Positions 13,597-26,929 are shown, counted from the first letter of the stretch. The stretch is 64,000 nt of DNA from Octopus vulgaris (GCA_951406725.2 OX597824.1:69316001-69380000), one strand, 5' to 3'. Numbers and translations are program-made. Notes: a model not told the origin generated them from the sequence alone.

Positions 13597-14526
13597 AAGA
13601 AGAAGAAGAAGAAGAAGAAGAAGAAGAAGAAGAAGAAGAATAACATCGAAAAATACCTTAGGAATGAGAACCCAGGTTCGAAATTTCCCCAAGACATCTG
13701 AAGAAGGTAGGAGGCTATATCAGCCGAAACGGTGTATTAACAACAAAGATGAAGACAAATATCTGTCGAATGTAAATAATGTAAATAAAATTTATGTTAG
13801 TATACCTCCACGCAAGTTTATCTACGAATATGTTTTAAGTAGATTTATTTGGTAGTCTTGGTCAAATTTATTGCGGGAAATGTCTCTTGGAGAAGTTTGA
13901 CTCCTCAACCCAGACATGATTTCTTTCTCTCCATCTTCTATAGCGCCTCATCTATCCATTTTGTAAAAGAGCGTTGGCTTGAAACGTTAAAGGCTTCAAC
14001 GATTTTCCTGAGCGTTAAACTATAATACATTGTTTGTTCTTTCACCTCATCTTTATATTTTCTTTATTTCCAGCTTTATCTACGAATAAAATTGGAAGAC
14101 ATTTATCTGGGAGTGAGTCTTGAATAAATTTATCTCAGAATATTGTAAGACTTGAATACGTGTATCTAGGAATATACTGCGAACAAGTTTATCAAGAGAA
14201 ATATGTGAATAAGTGTACTTCGAAACAAGCTTAGTTGCAATGTCTTGAAGGAATAGATATGTATGCATATTATAGAAATCTATGTATGCGTTCATCTCCA
14301 CGAATAAGTGTATCTACATATATGTGTATATCTGTGTATATATGTATGTGTATGTGCTTAAGTATTACATGCATGTATAAATACATATATTTATATAAAT
14401 GGAGTAATATTCAAATATATAGTTGTTTATGGGCATGTGCATCATAAGAGTGTATGTACATGTATAAGTATATCTATATACATACATATATATATATGTA
14501 CACATATATGTATACATAGATATATG

Positions 14527-14568
<42 letters not shown>

Positions 14569-14870
14569 CATACATACATACATACATACATACATACATA
14601 CATACATACATACATACATACATACAGATATATAAACACCGACACACATACACACACATATATATACCGATATATAAACACCAACAAATATAAATATAAA
14701 TATATATATATATATTTATATATTTATATATATGTGTGTATATATATATATGTGTGTATGTATATATACATATATATATTTGTTGTTAGTCTAACAAAGA
14801 CGAACCTAACAATATCGAAAATAATGAACGTCTTTTATTTATTTGTTTGTTTGTTTGTTTGTTTGTTTGT
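12046..14870. repeat. ~1.6-kb tandem duplication (12046-13360 vs 13640-14870), first copy noisy
   Basis: Colinear text with an offset of 1591 at the CTGAAGA motif (12107 vs 13698); ORFs 12490-12813 and 14080-14301 translate alike. Confidence 0.9.
13160..13790. mobile_element. Head-to-head pair of a tRNA-headed, hammerhead-bearing short element
   Basis: Minus strand has an A-box-like TGGCGTAGTGCT (~13436-13447) and a B-box-like GTTCGGTTCC; plus copy has B box GTTCGATTCC (13469-13478), (AAT)n(GAA)n, then CTGAAGA (13698) ... CAGCC-GAAAC (13726) and a tail. Confidence 0.65.
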
Positions 14871-16290
14871 TTACTTCTCTTTAGATTTATTCTCTTTCTG
14901 TAAAAACATTACTAATACACCAAAATATGAAATATGTGACTGTGTGATCTGTGCGTAATAGAATCTATTATAATAGGGATAAAACGACTATAAACACAAA
15001 CTAAAGCTACAACAACAGAAATAACACTTGAAACAGCAAAAACGACTCTGTCAATGCCACCACTACAACAACTACTACTACTTCTACTACTTATAGTAGT
15101 AGTAGTAGTAGTAGTAGTAGTAATTATAATGCATTTGCTACAAGTGTCACAAAACCCCTATTGTAAAGATTGTGTTTTGGTTACAACAAACCACCATTTT
15201 TACAATAGAAAACAATACAGTTCCAATGAATAAACATGTGTCTGTATTGAGTGTATTTATACATATATGCGTGTACGTGTGTGTGAGGGAGTTGGTGGTG
15301 GTGGTGTCTGTGTCTGTGTATGTGTTTCTGTTTGTAAGTATTTGCGCGTACGTTTGTTCTTTCATGCATACATACATAAATATAGCGGTAGGTAGATACA
15401 AACATAGACAATCGAAGAGATGAATAGAAGGACAGACAAAAAGTTAGACAGACAGATACTTACATATATATATACATATGTAAATACACACAAAAGCAGG
15501 TAGATAAACTGATAGTCAGACAGATAGACAGACACAGAGAGTGCGAGAAAGAAAGAGTTTGATTGCTTGATTTAGCGATTGCTTAACTAATCGATTGATT
15601 GATAGCAATCAGGTGACCCTTATAATCCACAATAAGAATGAAATTAATGGTACATACAGAGTAAAGATATTTCATAATAATCGTTAGTAATCTCACAATA
15701 GAGTATCTAAGGTGTTTAGACTTCCGCTCAAAAGTTCATGGTTTCCCTTCTTTCACAAGTAACTGTTTCCTTTTTACTCACCTTGAGTAAGATGATCGAT
15801 TTCACGTTGCTCCAAGTACTCTCGGCTGAAAACGTGTACCAACAAGATACTGGTGCAACCTTTCCCTTCCGTATTCAGCAGCCACATCTTTGATATTCGA
15901 TATTCGAATGAGTGAAGGGTGAAGTACCGAGATGCTGTCCATATCTGGTCGCGACTATATAAGCACCTATAGGAATTCGTGAAACCATGGTACTAGCTAT
16001 CATATGATACTCGCTTGCGAGTGGCGGGTATGATCTTTTGTTTTTCTTTAATCTTTTTGGGCAGCATGGTCAGATATATTTGTGGCTGATGCTTCTTACA
16101 TCGGTACCTCTCATCCTTTCGGAATCGATAAAAAACTAACAAATAAGTACTGGAGTCGATATAAACGACTTACCTCCGCCCCTTAAGTTGCTGGCCTTGT
16201 GCCAAAATTAGAAATCGATATTCTATACAGCTTCACATTATATTTTGAGAGACATATCCTCCTGAATAAATATAAGAATTCATCTCTCTC

Positions 16291-16366
<76 letters not shown>

Positions 16367-16587
16367 TATATTTGTGTGTGTATGTGTGTGTGTGTATGTA
16401 GGTCGATTTTTGTCAATTTGTGTCTATTAAATCCACTTACGACGCTTTGGTCGGTCTAGGGCTAAAAGAACAAAGGAATATGGCCCAAGTTGCTACGCAG
16501 TGGGACTGAACTCGGAATCATGTGGTTGGGAAACACACTTCTCGCCACAAAGATGCCATATACAGACAGACAGACAGACAGACAGGC

Positions 16588-16811
<224 letters not shown>

Positions 16812-16833
16812 TTATGGATAAATAGATAGATAA

Positions 16834-16910
<77 letters not shown>

Positions 16911-17164
16911 GAGAGAGTAATAGACAATGAGATACAGATATATGTATATGTACATATATACGTATATGTAAATGTATATATATATATACATATGCACACA
17001 CATATATATACATGTAGATTCATATAGATACTTGTACATACATATAGATACATATAGACACACATATATATTTTATGTTTTGTATGTTTGTATACATGTA
17101 TGTATGTATGTATGCATGCATGTATGTATATATAGGTGCGTATGCAACTATTTTTATATTTTGG

Positions 17165-17705
<541 letters not shown>

Positions 17706-18109
17706 TATTATTATTATTATTATCATTATTATTTTTTAAATTTTTTTTTTTATCCCTCTTTCACTCCCGTTGCTTTTCCCTGCAAGAAATTTGCCATTCC
17801 ACTTGTCAACGCGTAGGCTGCAAATAGATTATGGGAAAACTGATGTTGCAGACAAAATTCAAATACGCCATTACCGCCTTTATTTCACTGCGACGATGAA
17901 GACGAGAACCTCTCGAAATTCTATATGAATACAGGTTTAGGGAAGTTATTGTTCCATATTTAACATAGAGAACATATATAATGTGAAAATTATCATTAAT
18001 AAAGCAAAAATTTAACACAACACGATCGCTTTGTGCATATGTCTGTGTATGTATGTCTAGGGTCATTTCATCATGTTGAAACGTCAATCCTTACACACTT
18101 TTTTTCGCT

Positions 18110-18288
18110 CTTCACTTTATCAGTTCTCTCTCCATTTATTTGTTTTTCATTTCAATCCTTTCTGTCGAAGAGCGTAGGCTCGAAACGTCGAAGACTTTTC
18201 CATCCTTCCTGAGCATCTGACTAATACACCTGCTTGTTGTTGTCTCACCTGTCTTCGTCTTTTGTTTTCCATAAATTTGAACTATATA
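18110..18288 (+). mobile_element. pLTR-like short element with a minimal hammerhead (18158-18193)
   Basis: CTTT-CTGTCGA-A-GAGC-GTAG-GCTC-GAAAC-GTC-GAAG; same family at ~12400, ~13960, 38320 and 53218(-). Confidence 0.7.
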
Positions 18289-19150
18289 AAGGATGTTTCA
18301 AAAAATTTTATATTTTGCAATCTAATAACTTTGCCAGTTCTTGTTCAAATGTCTTCAATTTTTAACAGCATGTGTAGAAACAGGTCAAAATTTTATGTTT
18401 AATGTTTGATATGTTTATCCTTTTAGGTATAGAAATGGCATTCACTGGAAGTGAAAAGGCGTTTTGTGTGTTGGAGTATGCTTGAAAACAGTCGAACAAG
18501 AGTGTGCAGTGTGAGAGAAAGATCTCTACAAAAGTCACCAACAGCAATGCAGATTTGGACATGGCACAAAATATTCAGAGGAAGGCTGTCTGTGCAGGGC
18601 AAAAGGATCTGGACGACCACTAACATCAGAAGAGATGGTCGAGCGATTACGCCAAAAATCTCATGTGAAGCCCCAAGAAGTCAATAAGAAGAACAAGTCT
18701 GGAAAGCCAGATTCCTCCAACGACAGTTTGGCGCGTCCTGAGGAAACGCTTGTTAATGAAACCCAACAGGCTGCAGCTCGTTCAGGCCATAACGGTAGAT
18801 GACGAGAGAAAGCGCAAATACGGAGCTATGTGAAGGGTCTGGTCTATGTCTCCCCTCTTCCTGCAAACCTTGAGGAACTCGAACAGAAAATCACTACCGC
18901 TCTGGAGACTGTTACTCAAAGACATGCTGCAGCGTGTTTGGGAGACGTGTGCCGTGTCTCAGACGGTGCGCATATTGAACATTTGTGAAACTGTTCATGG
19001 AATTCACGTACCATTGAAATTCTCATTCAAATTTGGAGGAATAGATTTTATGTTGATCAACATTAAATCTGTTTAATTTCATTTGCTTTGATTATGTAGT
19101 TTCTGTGATATTTACATCTCACATGATATCAAATTTTTTGAAACACCCTG
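18289..19150 (+). mobile_element. Internally deleted Tc1/mariner-superfamily transposon
   Basis: TIRs AAGGATGTTTCAAAAAATTTTATAT / CAGGGTGTTTCAAAAAATTTGATAT; broken frames give MAFTGSEKAFCVLEY..IWTWHK..SGRP..KSIRRTSLE..TTVWRVLRKRL and C-terminal YVKGLVY..LEELEQKITTA..MLQRVWE..GAHIEHL; catalytic core missing. Confidence 0.88.
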
Positions 19151-19491
19151 TGTGTATATATTCATACACACATGCATGTGAGTGTGTGTGTGTGTGTCTA
19201 TATATTCTCTGCCAAGAATTCACAACGATCTCGAAGCCACAAGAGTAAACAAGAGAGACAGAGACAGACAGAAACAAGGAAAATACCCCTTATATTTGAA
19301 TACTATGCAAATATTCTTTTAAAAACTTTTCATTTAATTTTTTCAAAATTTAATTGTCTTCCCTACTTACAGTTAAAAAGTCTCAATGACTAAAACCGAC
19401 ACTGAAATGTTTTCTATAAAATTATTTTAGCATTTTTTACCTTGACTTTTTTCCATATATATATCAACTCGTATGTTCCTTTTCAACCTCC

Positions 19492-19574
<83 letters not shown>

Positions 19575-19576
<2 letters not shown>

Positions 19577-19983
19577 CGCAGGTGTGGCTGTGTGGTAAGT
19601 AGCTTGCTAACCATCCACATGATTCCGGGTTCAGTCCCACTGCGTGGCATCTTGGGCAAGTGTCTTCTGCTATAGCCCCGGGCCGACCAATGCCTTGTGA
19701 GTGGATTTGGTAGACAGAAACTGAAAGAAGCCTGTCGTATATATGTATATATATGTGTACGTGTGTGTGTTTGTGTGTCTGTGTTTGTTCCCCTAGCATT
19801 GCTTGACAACCGATGCTGGTGTGTTTACGTCCCCGTCACTTAGCGGTTCGGCGAAAGAGACCGATAGAATAAGTACTGGACTTACAAAGAATAAGTCCCG
19901 GGGTCGATTTGCTCGACTAAAGGCGGTGCTCCAGCATGGCCGCAGTCAAATGACTGAAACAAGTAAAAGAGTAAAGAGTAAAG
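19575..19983 (+). mobile_element. tRNA-derived SINE, family A (full length)
   Basis: TGGCTGTGTGG A-box-like, GGTTCAGTCCC B-box-like, internal (TA/TG)n, GTAAAAGA repeated tail; more than 10 copies in the window. Confidence 0.92.
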
Positions 19984-21095
19984 ATATATATATATATATC
20001 TAACAGTCTAAACAAAAGATGTGGTCGACCCGACCCCATGGTGAAGTATAAACGCACACAGTGCCATCATATCGTGTCATCGACCCCAGAACTTTGGGAC
20101 TTGCGAAACGATCTTCTTATCTACACGACCTTGTTTGAATTGTATATATTTAAATCAAATTCTCAATATTAGAATATGAGTATAAGCACGACTGCATTGA
20201 TATTGGTAGTAGTTTTGGTGGTTGTAATGGGGCTGGGAGCAAAAGTAAGGATAATGATGATGAAAACATACTGTGTTGAATTTATGATTTAGGTGAGTGG
20301 TAATAAAAGATGAGGTGTAAGATAGTGTTATGGTGTGCCTATTTTTTTTACGTTTACTACGAATGTTACTTATGTAAGTACCCGATTGCTATTTTCCGTC
20401 TGTGCTGTATGCATATTTTTACGTATATTTGTATGTATATATGAATGTACGTATGTATGCGTATATGTTTCTGTATACAAGTATGTACAAGTGTATATGC
20501 TCCTGTGTATATATGTTTACTTGCGTGCATAATACTCTCTCTCTCTCTCTCAACATGCTTCTCTGTATACGTGTGCGTGTGTACGTGCATGTGTGTATTA
20601 TGTAAGTTTGTATGTATGTATGTATCGATATCTATATTTATCTCTCTCTATATATTTATATAGAGAGAGAGAGGAAGAGAGAGGGAGCGAGTGAGAGAGA
20701 GAGAAAGAGAAAGTGAGGGGAAAAGAGAGACAGATAAATATAGATATATAGATATATACATACATATATGCGCACGTACTCACATACACACATTTATATG
20801 TATATATATATATATTTATATATCTGTGTATATAATATGCATGTGTGTGTGTTTCACCCTCTTACTTTCACTTCCTTGTCAAGCATTCACTCAGTTACTA
20901 CACATATTCTATTATCTAATTATATATATTGGTCGTACTCCTTACCAACCGACCTACCTACCAACATACTAAGCTATCTACTTACTTACCAACATTTCAA
21001 TCTACCCCTTACCCACTACGCCAGTCACTGTTTCTTTCTATACATACATACACTTATACATAAACATACATAAATACATACATAAATACATACAA

Positions 21096-21145
<50 letters not shown>

Positions 21146-21148
21146 TGA

Positions 21149-21186
<38 letters not shown>

Positions 21187-21320
21187 CAGACATATATCTA
21201 TCTATCTATCTATATATATATATATATATACATACACGTATGTATGTATATATATATATATATATCTGACGGTCTAGATAGATAGATAGATAGACAAATA
21301 TACATATATATATATGTATG

Positions 21321-21357
<37 letters not shown>

Positions 21358-21402
21358 GTTTGTATGTATGTATGTATGTATATATTTGTGTAACCGTGTG
21401 TA

Positions 21403-21450
<48 letters not shown>

Positions 21451-22466
21451 AAATGTATGTATGTATATATGTATATATGGGTGCCTGTCTATTTGTCTCT
21501 GCGGCTATCAGAACGCCTATATGTATGTATGTATGTTTGTAAGTATGTATTTGTATATGAATTTATGTGTATATGTATATATAATTGTATATATGTTTGT
21601 ATATCTGCCAGTAACCCCTATCTAACTGAACAGCTTCTCCTGACTTCAACACCTAACCACGCTCACCATATTTCAATGTAACCTCTATTGAAATAGCAGG
21701 CTTCAGTGATTATCATTGTCTTGTTAGCAACTCGTCTTTTGATAAATTTCACAGGTTTTGTTGTCACTTCAAAATTACATTCAATATGGCGCCCATAATT
21801 GAAAAAAATATATATAATAATAATAATAAACTTTACAAGTTATGTTTACTTGTTCTGCAGACGAATGTCCGATATGTATGAGCGTATATGTTCGTCTATA
21901 TGTGTATTCTCGTCTATTTATAATTTTGAATAAGTATTCTAGTGTAACATGTCGTTGGTTTTTTTACAATCTAAACTAGACTGCAAAATAAACAATATTT
22001 AATATAAATGACACATCATAAATAGAAAAGATTTTCTTTTTTTTATTTCAAAATATTAAATTCTATTTCTTTTCATTTATTCATTCAAAATACTAATAAT
22101 TTATTTATTTATTTATTTTAATTTCCGTTTTATTTATTCTCCTTGTTGGTAACCCTTTTCATTATTTTGTTTTGTTAAAATGTTTGAAAAATTTTCGGTA
22201 AAGATTTTTAACTTTCTGTTGCAAACTTTAGGCTTGAAATGAGAACTTTATAGTCAATATTGATTTTTGACTATGGTACACTTGCTTCAGATAATAGATT
22301 TGGATTTTGCTTTTATGTACAGTAAATTAAATTAAACTTTAGTACTTATGAGTTGTTTCTTTGTTATTGTTGTTCTTGTTCTTGTTCTTGTTGTATACCA
22401 CCATACCATTCCTAATCGAGCAGGTCTATTATCAAAGACATTTCAATCATGTCCATCGTATACTCC

Positions 22467-23097
22467 TTTACTCTTTTACTCTTTTACTTGTTTCAGTCAT
22501 TTGACTGCGGCCATGCTAGAGCACCGCCTTCAGTCGAGCAAAGGACTTATTCTTTGTAAGCCTAGTACTTATTCTATCGGTTGCTTTTGCCGAACCGCTA
22601 AGTTATGAGAATGTAAACACACCAACATCGGTTGTCAAGGGGCGACAAACACCGACACACAAACATATATACACACAAAAATACATACATATATATATTG
22701 TTTGTTCTTTCTCGAGCCATGCCTGGCTCATTAGGGAAAGAGTGAGAGAAAGTTGTGGCGAAAGAGTCAGCAGAAGGTCGCCACTACCTTCTGCCGGAAC
22801 CGCGTGGAGCTTAGGTGTTTCGCTCATAAACACACACATCGCCCGGTCTGAGATTCGAACCCGCGAACTTCGATCGCGAATGCGCTGCTCTAACCACTAG
22901 GTCATGTGCCTCCTCATGCATATATATATATACATATATACGACGAGCTTCTTTCAGTTTCCGTCTACCAAATCCACTCAAAAGGCTTTGATCGGCCTGA
23001 GGCTATAGTAGAAGACACTTGCCCAAGATGCCACGCAGTGTGATTGAACCCGGAACCATGTGGTTGGTTAGCAAGCTACTTACCACACAGCCACTTC
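22467..23097 (-). mobile_element. SINE family A interrupted by a family C-related SINE (22697-22915)
   Basis: Family A head and tail on the minus strand with a GGCACATGACCTAGTGGTTAG..GGTTCGAATC-headed element in its internal microsatellite. Confidence 0.85.
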
Positions 23098-23560
23098 AAA
23101 CATACACATTTTATATAGCTAATTAAACCCTTTTACGTAAGTGCTTTTGTTGTTGCTCTTGTTATTGTTGTTGTTGTTTAGCTCTATAGCAGTTCTTATC
23201 GAGCAGATATATTACCAAAGACGTTCCACCCATGCTCATCCTGTATTGAAGTACACTATACGCCGGGTTCAACATCAGTAGTTCACAACCGTTTTGCCCT
23301 AACATACATTTTGATCTTTGAAATCAAACAAATACCCTGTAGTACACCAGATATTTTTCTCCCAATATTCTCTACTAATCTTCGATATAAAGCATAGATA
23401 TGATGTTTCAAATATAGTTAAAATGAATCCCTCACATGTGCATTACAGCCCCTTTGAAAAACACTGGCCAACATCATCCTATCTCTTCTTCTTTCATTAA
23501 GTCACCTGATTATGCTTGCATGGCAATTTACTTCTGATGTCCAGCCTTTGTTTTTTGTTG

Positions 23561-23594
<34 letters not shown>

Positions 23595-23595
23595 T

Positions 23596-23955
23596 GGAGG
23601 CGCAATGGTCCAGTGATGAGGGCACCGGACTCGCGGTTTCGATTCCCCGAGCGGGCGTTGTGAGTGTTTATTGAGCGAAAACACATAAGGCGCCACGAGG
23701 TACCGGCAGGGAGTGGTGGCGAACCCTATTGTATTCTTTTACCACAACTTTCTCTCACTCTTTCTTCCTGTTTCTGTTGTACCTGTATTTCAAAGGGCCA
23801 GCCTTTTCACACTCTGTGTCACGCTGAATCTCACCAAGAATTACGTTAAAGGTACACGTGTCTGTGGAGTGCTCAGCACAGTAATTTCCCGAGCAAACTG
23901 CTCCGTTGATCGGATCAACAGGAACCCTCGTCGTCGTAACCGATGGAGTGCCACT
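23596..23955 (+). mobile_element. tRNA-derived SINE, family C
   Basis: GGAGGCGCAATGGTCCAGTG..GGTTTCGATTCCC head; body shared with 44090-44335. Confidence 0.85.
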
Positions 23956-24077
23956 TACATATATGTATGTGCGTGTGTGTGTGTGTGTGTGTATGTATAT
24001 ACATAAATGTACGCGTATATATATATATATTTTATATATACATATATACATATATTTGTATATATATTTATAAGCAT

Positions 24078-24154
<77 letters not shown>

Positions 24155-25095
24155 ATGTTACATTACTCGGTAGTCAAGATAAAACTCTGAGTTTCAGATG
24201 CCGAAGTGGAAATCCACAACACCATCTCTTCGGTTATCTGGCTATTTGAAAACGTTATGAAAAAATACCGTTAAAAATGAAGGGAAATTACTCTGTTATA
24301 ACTCTGCTTTGCCTGCGTACTTATACATCGCTCGCATTTTTCGTCATAAAAATTATATAAAAATACATAAAAATATATAAAAATATATAAAAATATATAA
24401 AATCTTCTTGGGACATAACACAGAAAGCATGTTCTATCCGTTTTCTTTAGGGGACCAAAAACGTAACAGAAATTTAGTCACATGTGGGCATGATCCGAAA
24501 AGCTCTGTCCTTGTATTTAGACATGTGGTAGGGTCTAAGCTGCTTTTCCAGATAAGCCATCTCTCCATGTCGCATAAACCGCACCTTCCGCTGTCGTTAG
24601 TATAGGGCTTACATCTGGCCAAAATCTTCCATTGTATGTTATAATCGACACCTTTATCTCTTAAAGACCAAATATGATTGGATAATTGTGTCGCTTTTCT
24701 TTTGTTCCAGTGCCTAAAGCTCAAAGTGTGGTTATTGAACCTGGCCTTGAAATTACCCTCTGTCAGGCCCACGTATTTCTTCGTCGAAACGGTGTCTTTA
24801 GTGGTTATAGAGTTTACGGTAGCTTCATATATGATGGTCTTGGACATGCAAGCTCCATTTAGCGGGCACAATTTTTTATTCCTGCATGAACAGCTGTTTT
24901 CTTCTTGTGTTTTTTGTATGTTATGATTGATTATGTTTTTAAAATTGGTAGTTGAACTAAAACTAATTTTTAAATTGTGTCTATTGAAGAGTTTCCTATA
25001 AGCATGGTTAACTGGAAAATGTCTATCTATCAGTGCTAGGAAATATTTACCTATATTGAAGGGTAAAAAACACCGACACGGAGGGCGCTTTCGAT

Positions 25096-26289
25096 GTGGA
25101 CATGGGTTCATATGATGGGGCAGGCATCTGTGATCTAATTGGACTCTTTCTCCTAGATACCTTCGGTAAGACATTCCCTAACGTACATTTCGCCATCTAC
25201 AAAGATGATGCCCTCGCCTTAACAGCTAATACAAATGGACCAGCACAAGATCGTTTTAGGAAGGATATTATCCAGTTAATGAAACACTTCGGACTTAGTA
25301 TAACTATAGACACTAACCTGACGGTTGTCAATTTCTTAGCCGTTTCCTTAGATCTTAATAATAATATTTATAAGCCTTATAGGAAGCCCAATGATAGACT
25401 AAGTTATATTAATGTAGGTTCATGCCATCCCCCTATAGTATTCAAAAATTTAGTTAAAAATATTAGTAAGAGGATTTCTAGCCTCTCATCTAATGAGGAC
25501 ATCTTCAATAGCGTTGCCCCAGTTTATAATAAAGCTTTAAAAGATAGTGGTTTTAGCGAAAAAATAAAATATACACCTATCACCAGCCCAACAATAAGGA
25601 AAAGGAATAATAGAAATAGGAAGGTCATCTGGTTTACGCCCCCTTACTCACCCGAGGTGGCCTTCAATATAGGTAAATATTTCCTAGCACTGATAGATAG
25701 ACATTTTCCAGTTAACCATGCTTATAGGAAACTCTTCAATAGACACAATTTAAAAATTAGTTTTAGTTCAACTACCAATTTTAAAAACATAATCAATCAT
25801 AACATACAAAAAACACAAGAAGAAAACAGCTGTTCATGCAGGAATAAAGAATTGTGCCCGCTAAATGGAGCTTGCATGTCCAAGACCATCATATATGAAG
25901 CTACCGTAAACTCTATAACCACTAAAGACACCGTTTCGACGAAGAAATACGTGGGCCTGACAGAGGGTAATTTCAAGGCCAGGTTCAATAACCACACTTT
26001 GAGCTTTAGGCACTGGAACAAAAGAAAAGCGACACAATTATCCAATCATATTTGGTCTTTAAGAGATAAAGGTGTCGATTATAACATACAATGGAAGATT
26101 TTGGCCAGATGTAAGCCCTATACTAACGGCAGCGGAAGGTGCGGTTTATGCGACATGGAGAGATGGCTTATCTGGAAAAGCAGCTTAGACCCTACCACAT
26201 GTCTAAATACAAGGACAGAGCTTTTCGGATCATGCCCACATGTGACTAAATTTCTGTTACGTTTTTGGTCCCCTAAAGAAAACGGATAG
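25096..26289 (+). CDS. PLE polyprotein remnant: RT C-terminal half, Cys-rich linker and GIY-YIG endonuclease (5'-truncated)
   Basis: MGSYDGA..YKDD..NFL(A)V..YRKPN; CSCRNKELCPLNGAC; IIYEA..YVGLTE..FKARFNNH..LSNHIW..CGLCDME..LN.R.E; open for 397 codons. Confidence 0.85.
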   Translation: MDMGSYDGAGICDLIGLFLLDTFGKTFPNVHFAIYKDDALALTANTNGPAQDRFRKDIIQLMKHFGLSITIDTNLTVVNFLAVSLDLNNNIYKPYRKPNDRLSYINVGSCHPPIVFKNLVKNISKRISSLSSNEDIFNSVAPVYNKALKDSGFSEKIKYTPITSPTIRKRNNRNRKVIWFTPPYSPEVAFNIGKYFLALIDRHFPVNHAYRKLFNRHNLKISFSSTTNFKNIINHNIQKTQEENSCSCRNKELCPLNGACMSKTIIYEATVNSITTKDTVSTKKYVGLTEGNFKARFNNHTLSFRHWNKRKATQLSNHIWSLRDKGVDYNIQWKILARCKPYTNGSGRCGLCDMERWLIWKSSLDPTTCLNTRTELFGSCPHVTKFLLRFWSPKENG

Positions 26290-26483
26290 AACATGCTTTC
26301 TGTGTTATGTCCCAAGAAGATTTTATATATTTTTATATATTTTTATATATTTTTATGTATTTTTATATAATTTTTATGACGAAAAATGCGAGCGATGTAT
26401 AAGTACGCAGGCAAAGCAGAGTTATAACAGAGTAATTTCCCTTCATTTTTAACGGTATTTTTTCATAACGTTTTCAAATAGCC

Positions 26484-26546
26484 AGATAACCGAAGAGATG
26501 GTGTTGTGGATTTCCACTTCGGCATCTGAAACTCAGAGTTTTATCT
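26484..26546 (+). ncRNA. Hammerhead ribozyme motif (type I, U4C variant) in the PLE 3' region; mirror copy at 24177-24239 (-)
   Basis: AGATAA-CCGAAGA-GATG..GTGG-ATTT-CCAC..CATC-T-GAAA-CTCAGAG-TT-TTATCT. Confidence 0.7.
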
Positions 26547-26929
26547 TGACTACCGAGTAATGTAACATATTGTATAGATAAATTTCCTCTATTTACATAA
26601 TATTGAGGTCTCTTTCTTTCTTTTGTTATCTTACCGTTTTATCAATATATATATATATATATATATACATACATACATACATACATACATACATACATAC
26701 ACACAAATTGCGAGAGATATTTGAGAATATATTTGGTAATTTAATAAAGCAAACTCCATCTTGGAAAACCCAAACGTATTTTAATAAAGGTATGCACACA
26801 TATTCCCGACGAACTTTCTTAAAAAATTATTCTATAAATCCGCCTTCGATGATTGAGACAATGCGGTTTCATGATAATTTAAAATCAACGGACCTTATTC
26901 GTTGCGGACATCGCCTGGACAATGGTAAT

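Larger units (their letters stand above)
24147..26646 (+). mobile_element. Penelope-like retroelement (C-terminal GIY-YIG type), 5'-truncated, with an inverted 3' copy
   Basis: 916-bp inverted repeat 24147-25062 / 25661-26576, ~70-nt 3' tail present only on the forward copy, (TA)n on both flanks, RT plus GIY-YIG ORF. Confidence 0.93.

Noticed and set aside
19575-23680. tRNA-like A/B boxes as tRNA genes
   Set aside because: They are SINE heads continuing into multicopy bodies and do not form full cloverleaves.
24434-25174. 246-aa minus-strand GIY-YIG ORF as a separate gene
   Set aside because: It is the inverted arm of the PLE; its N-terminus is antisense RT sequence read across the inversion junction.
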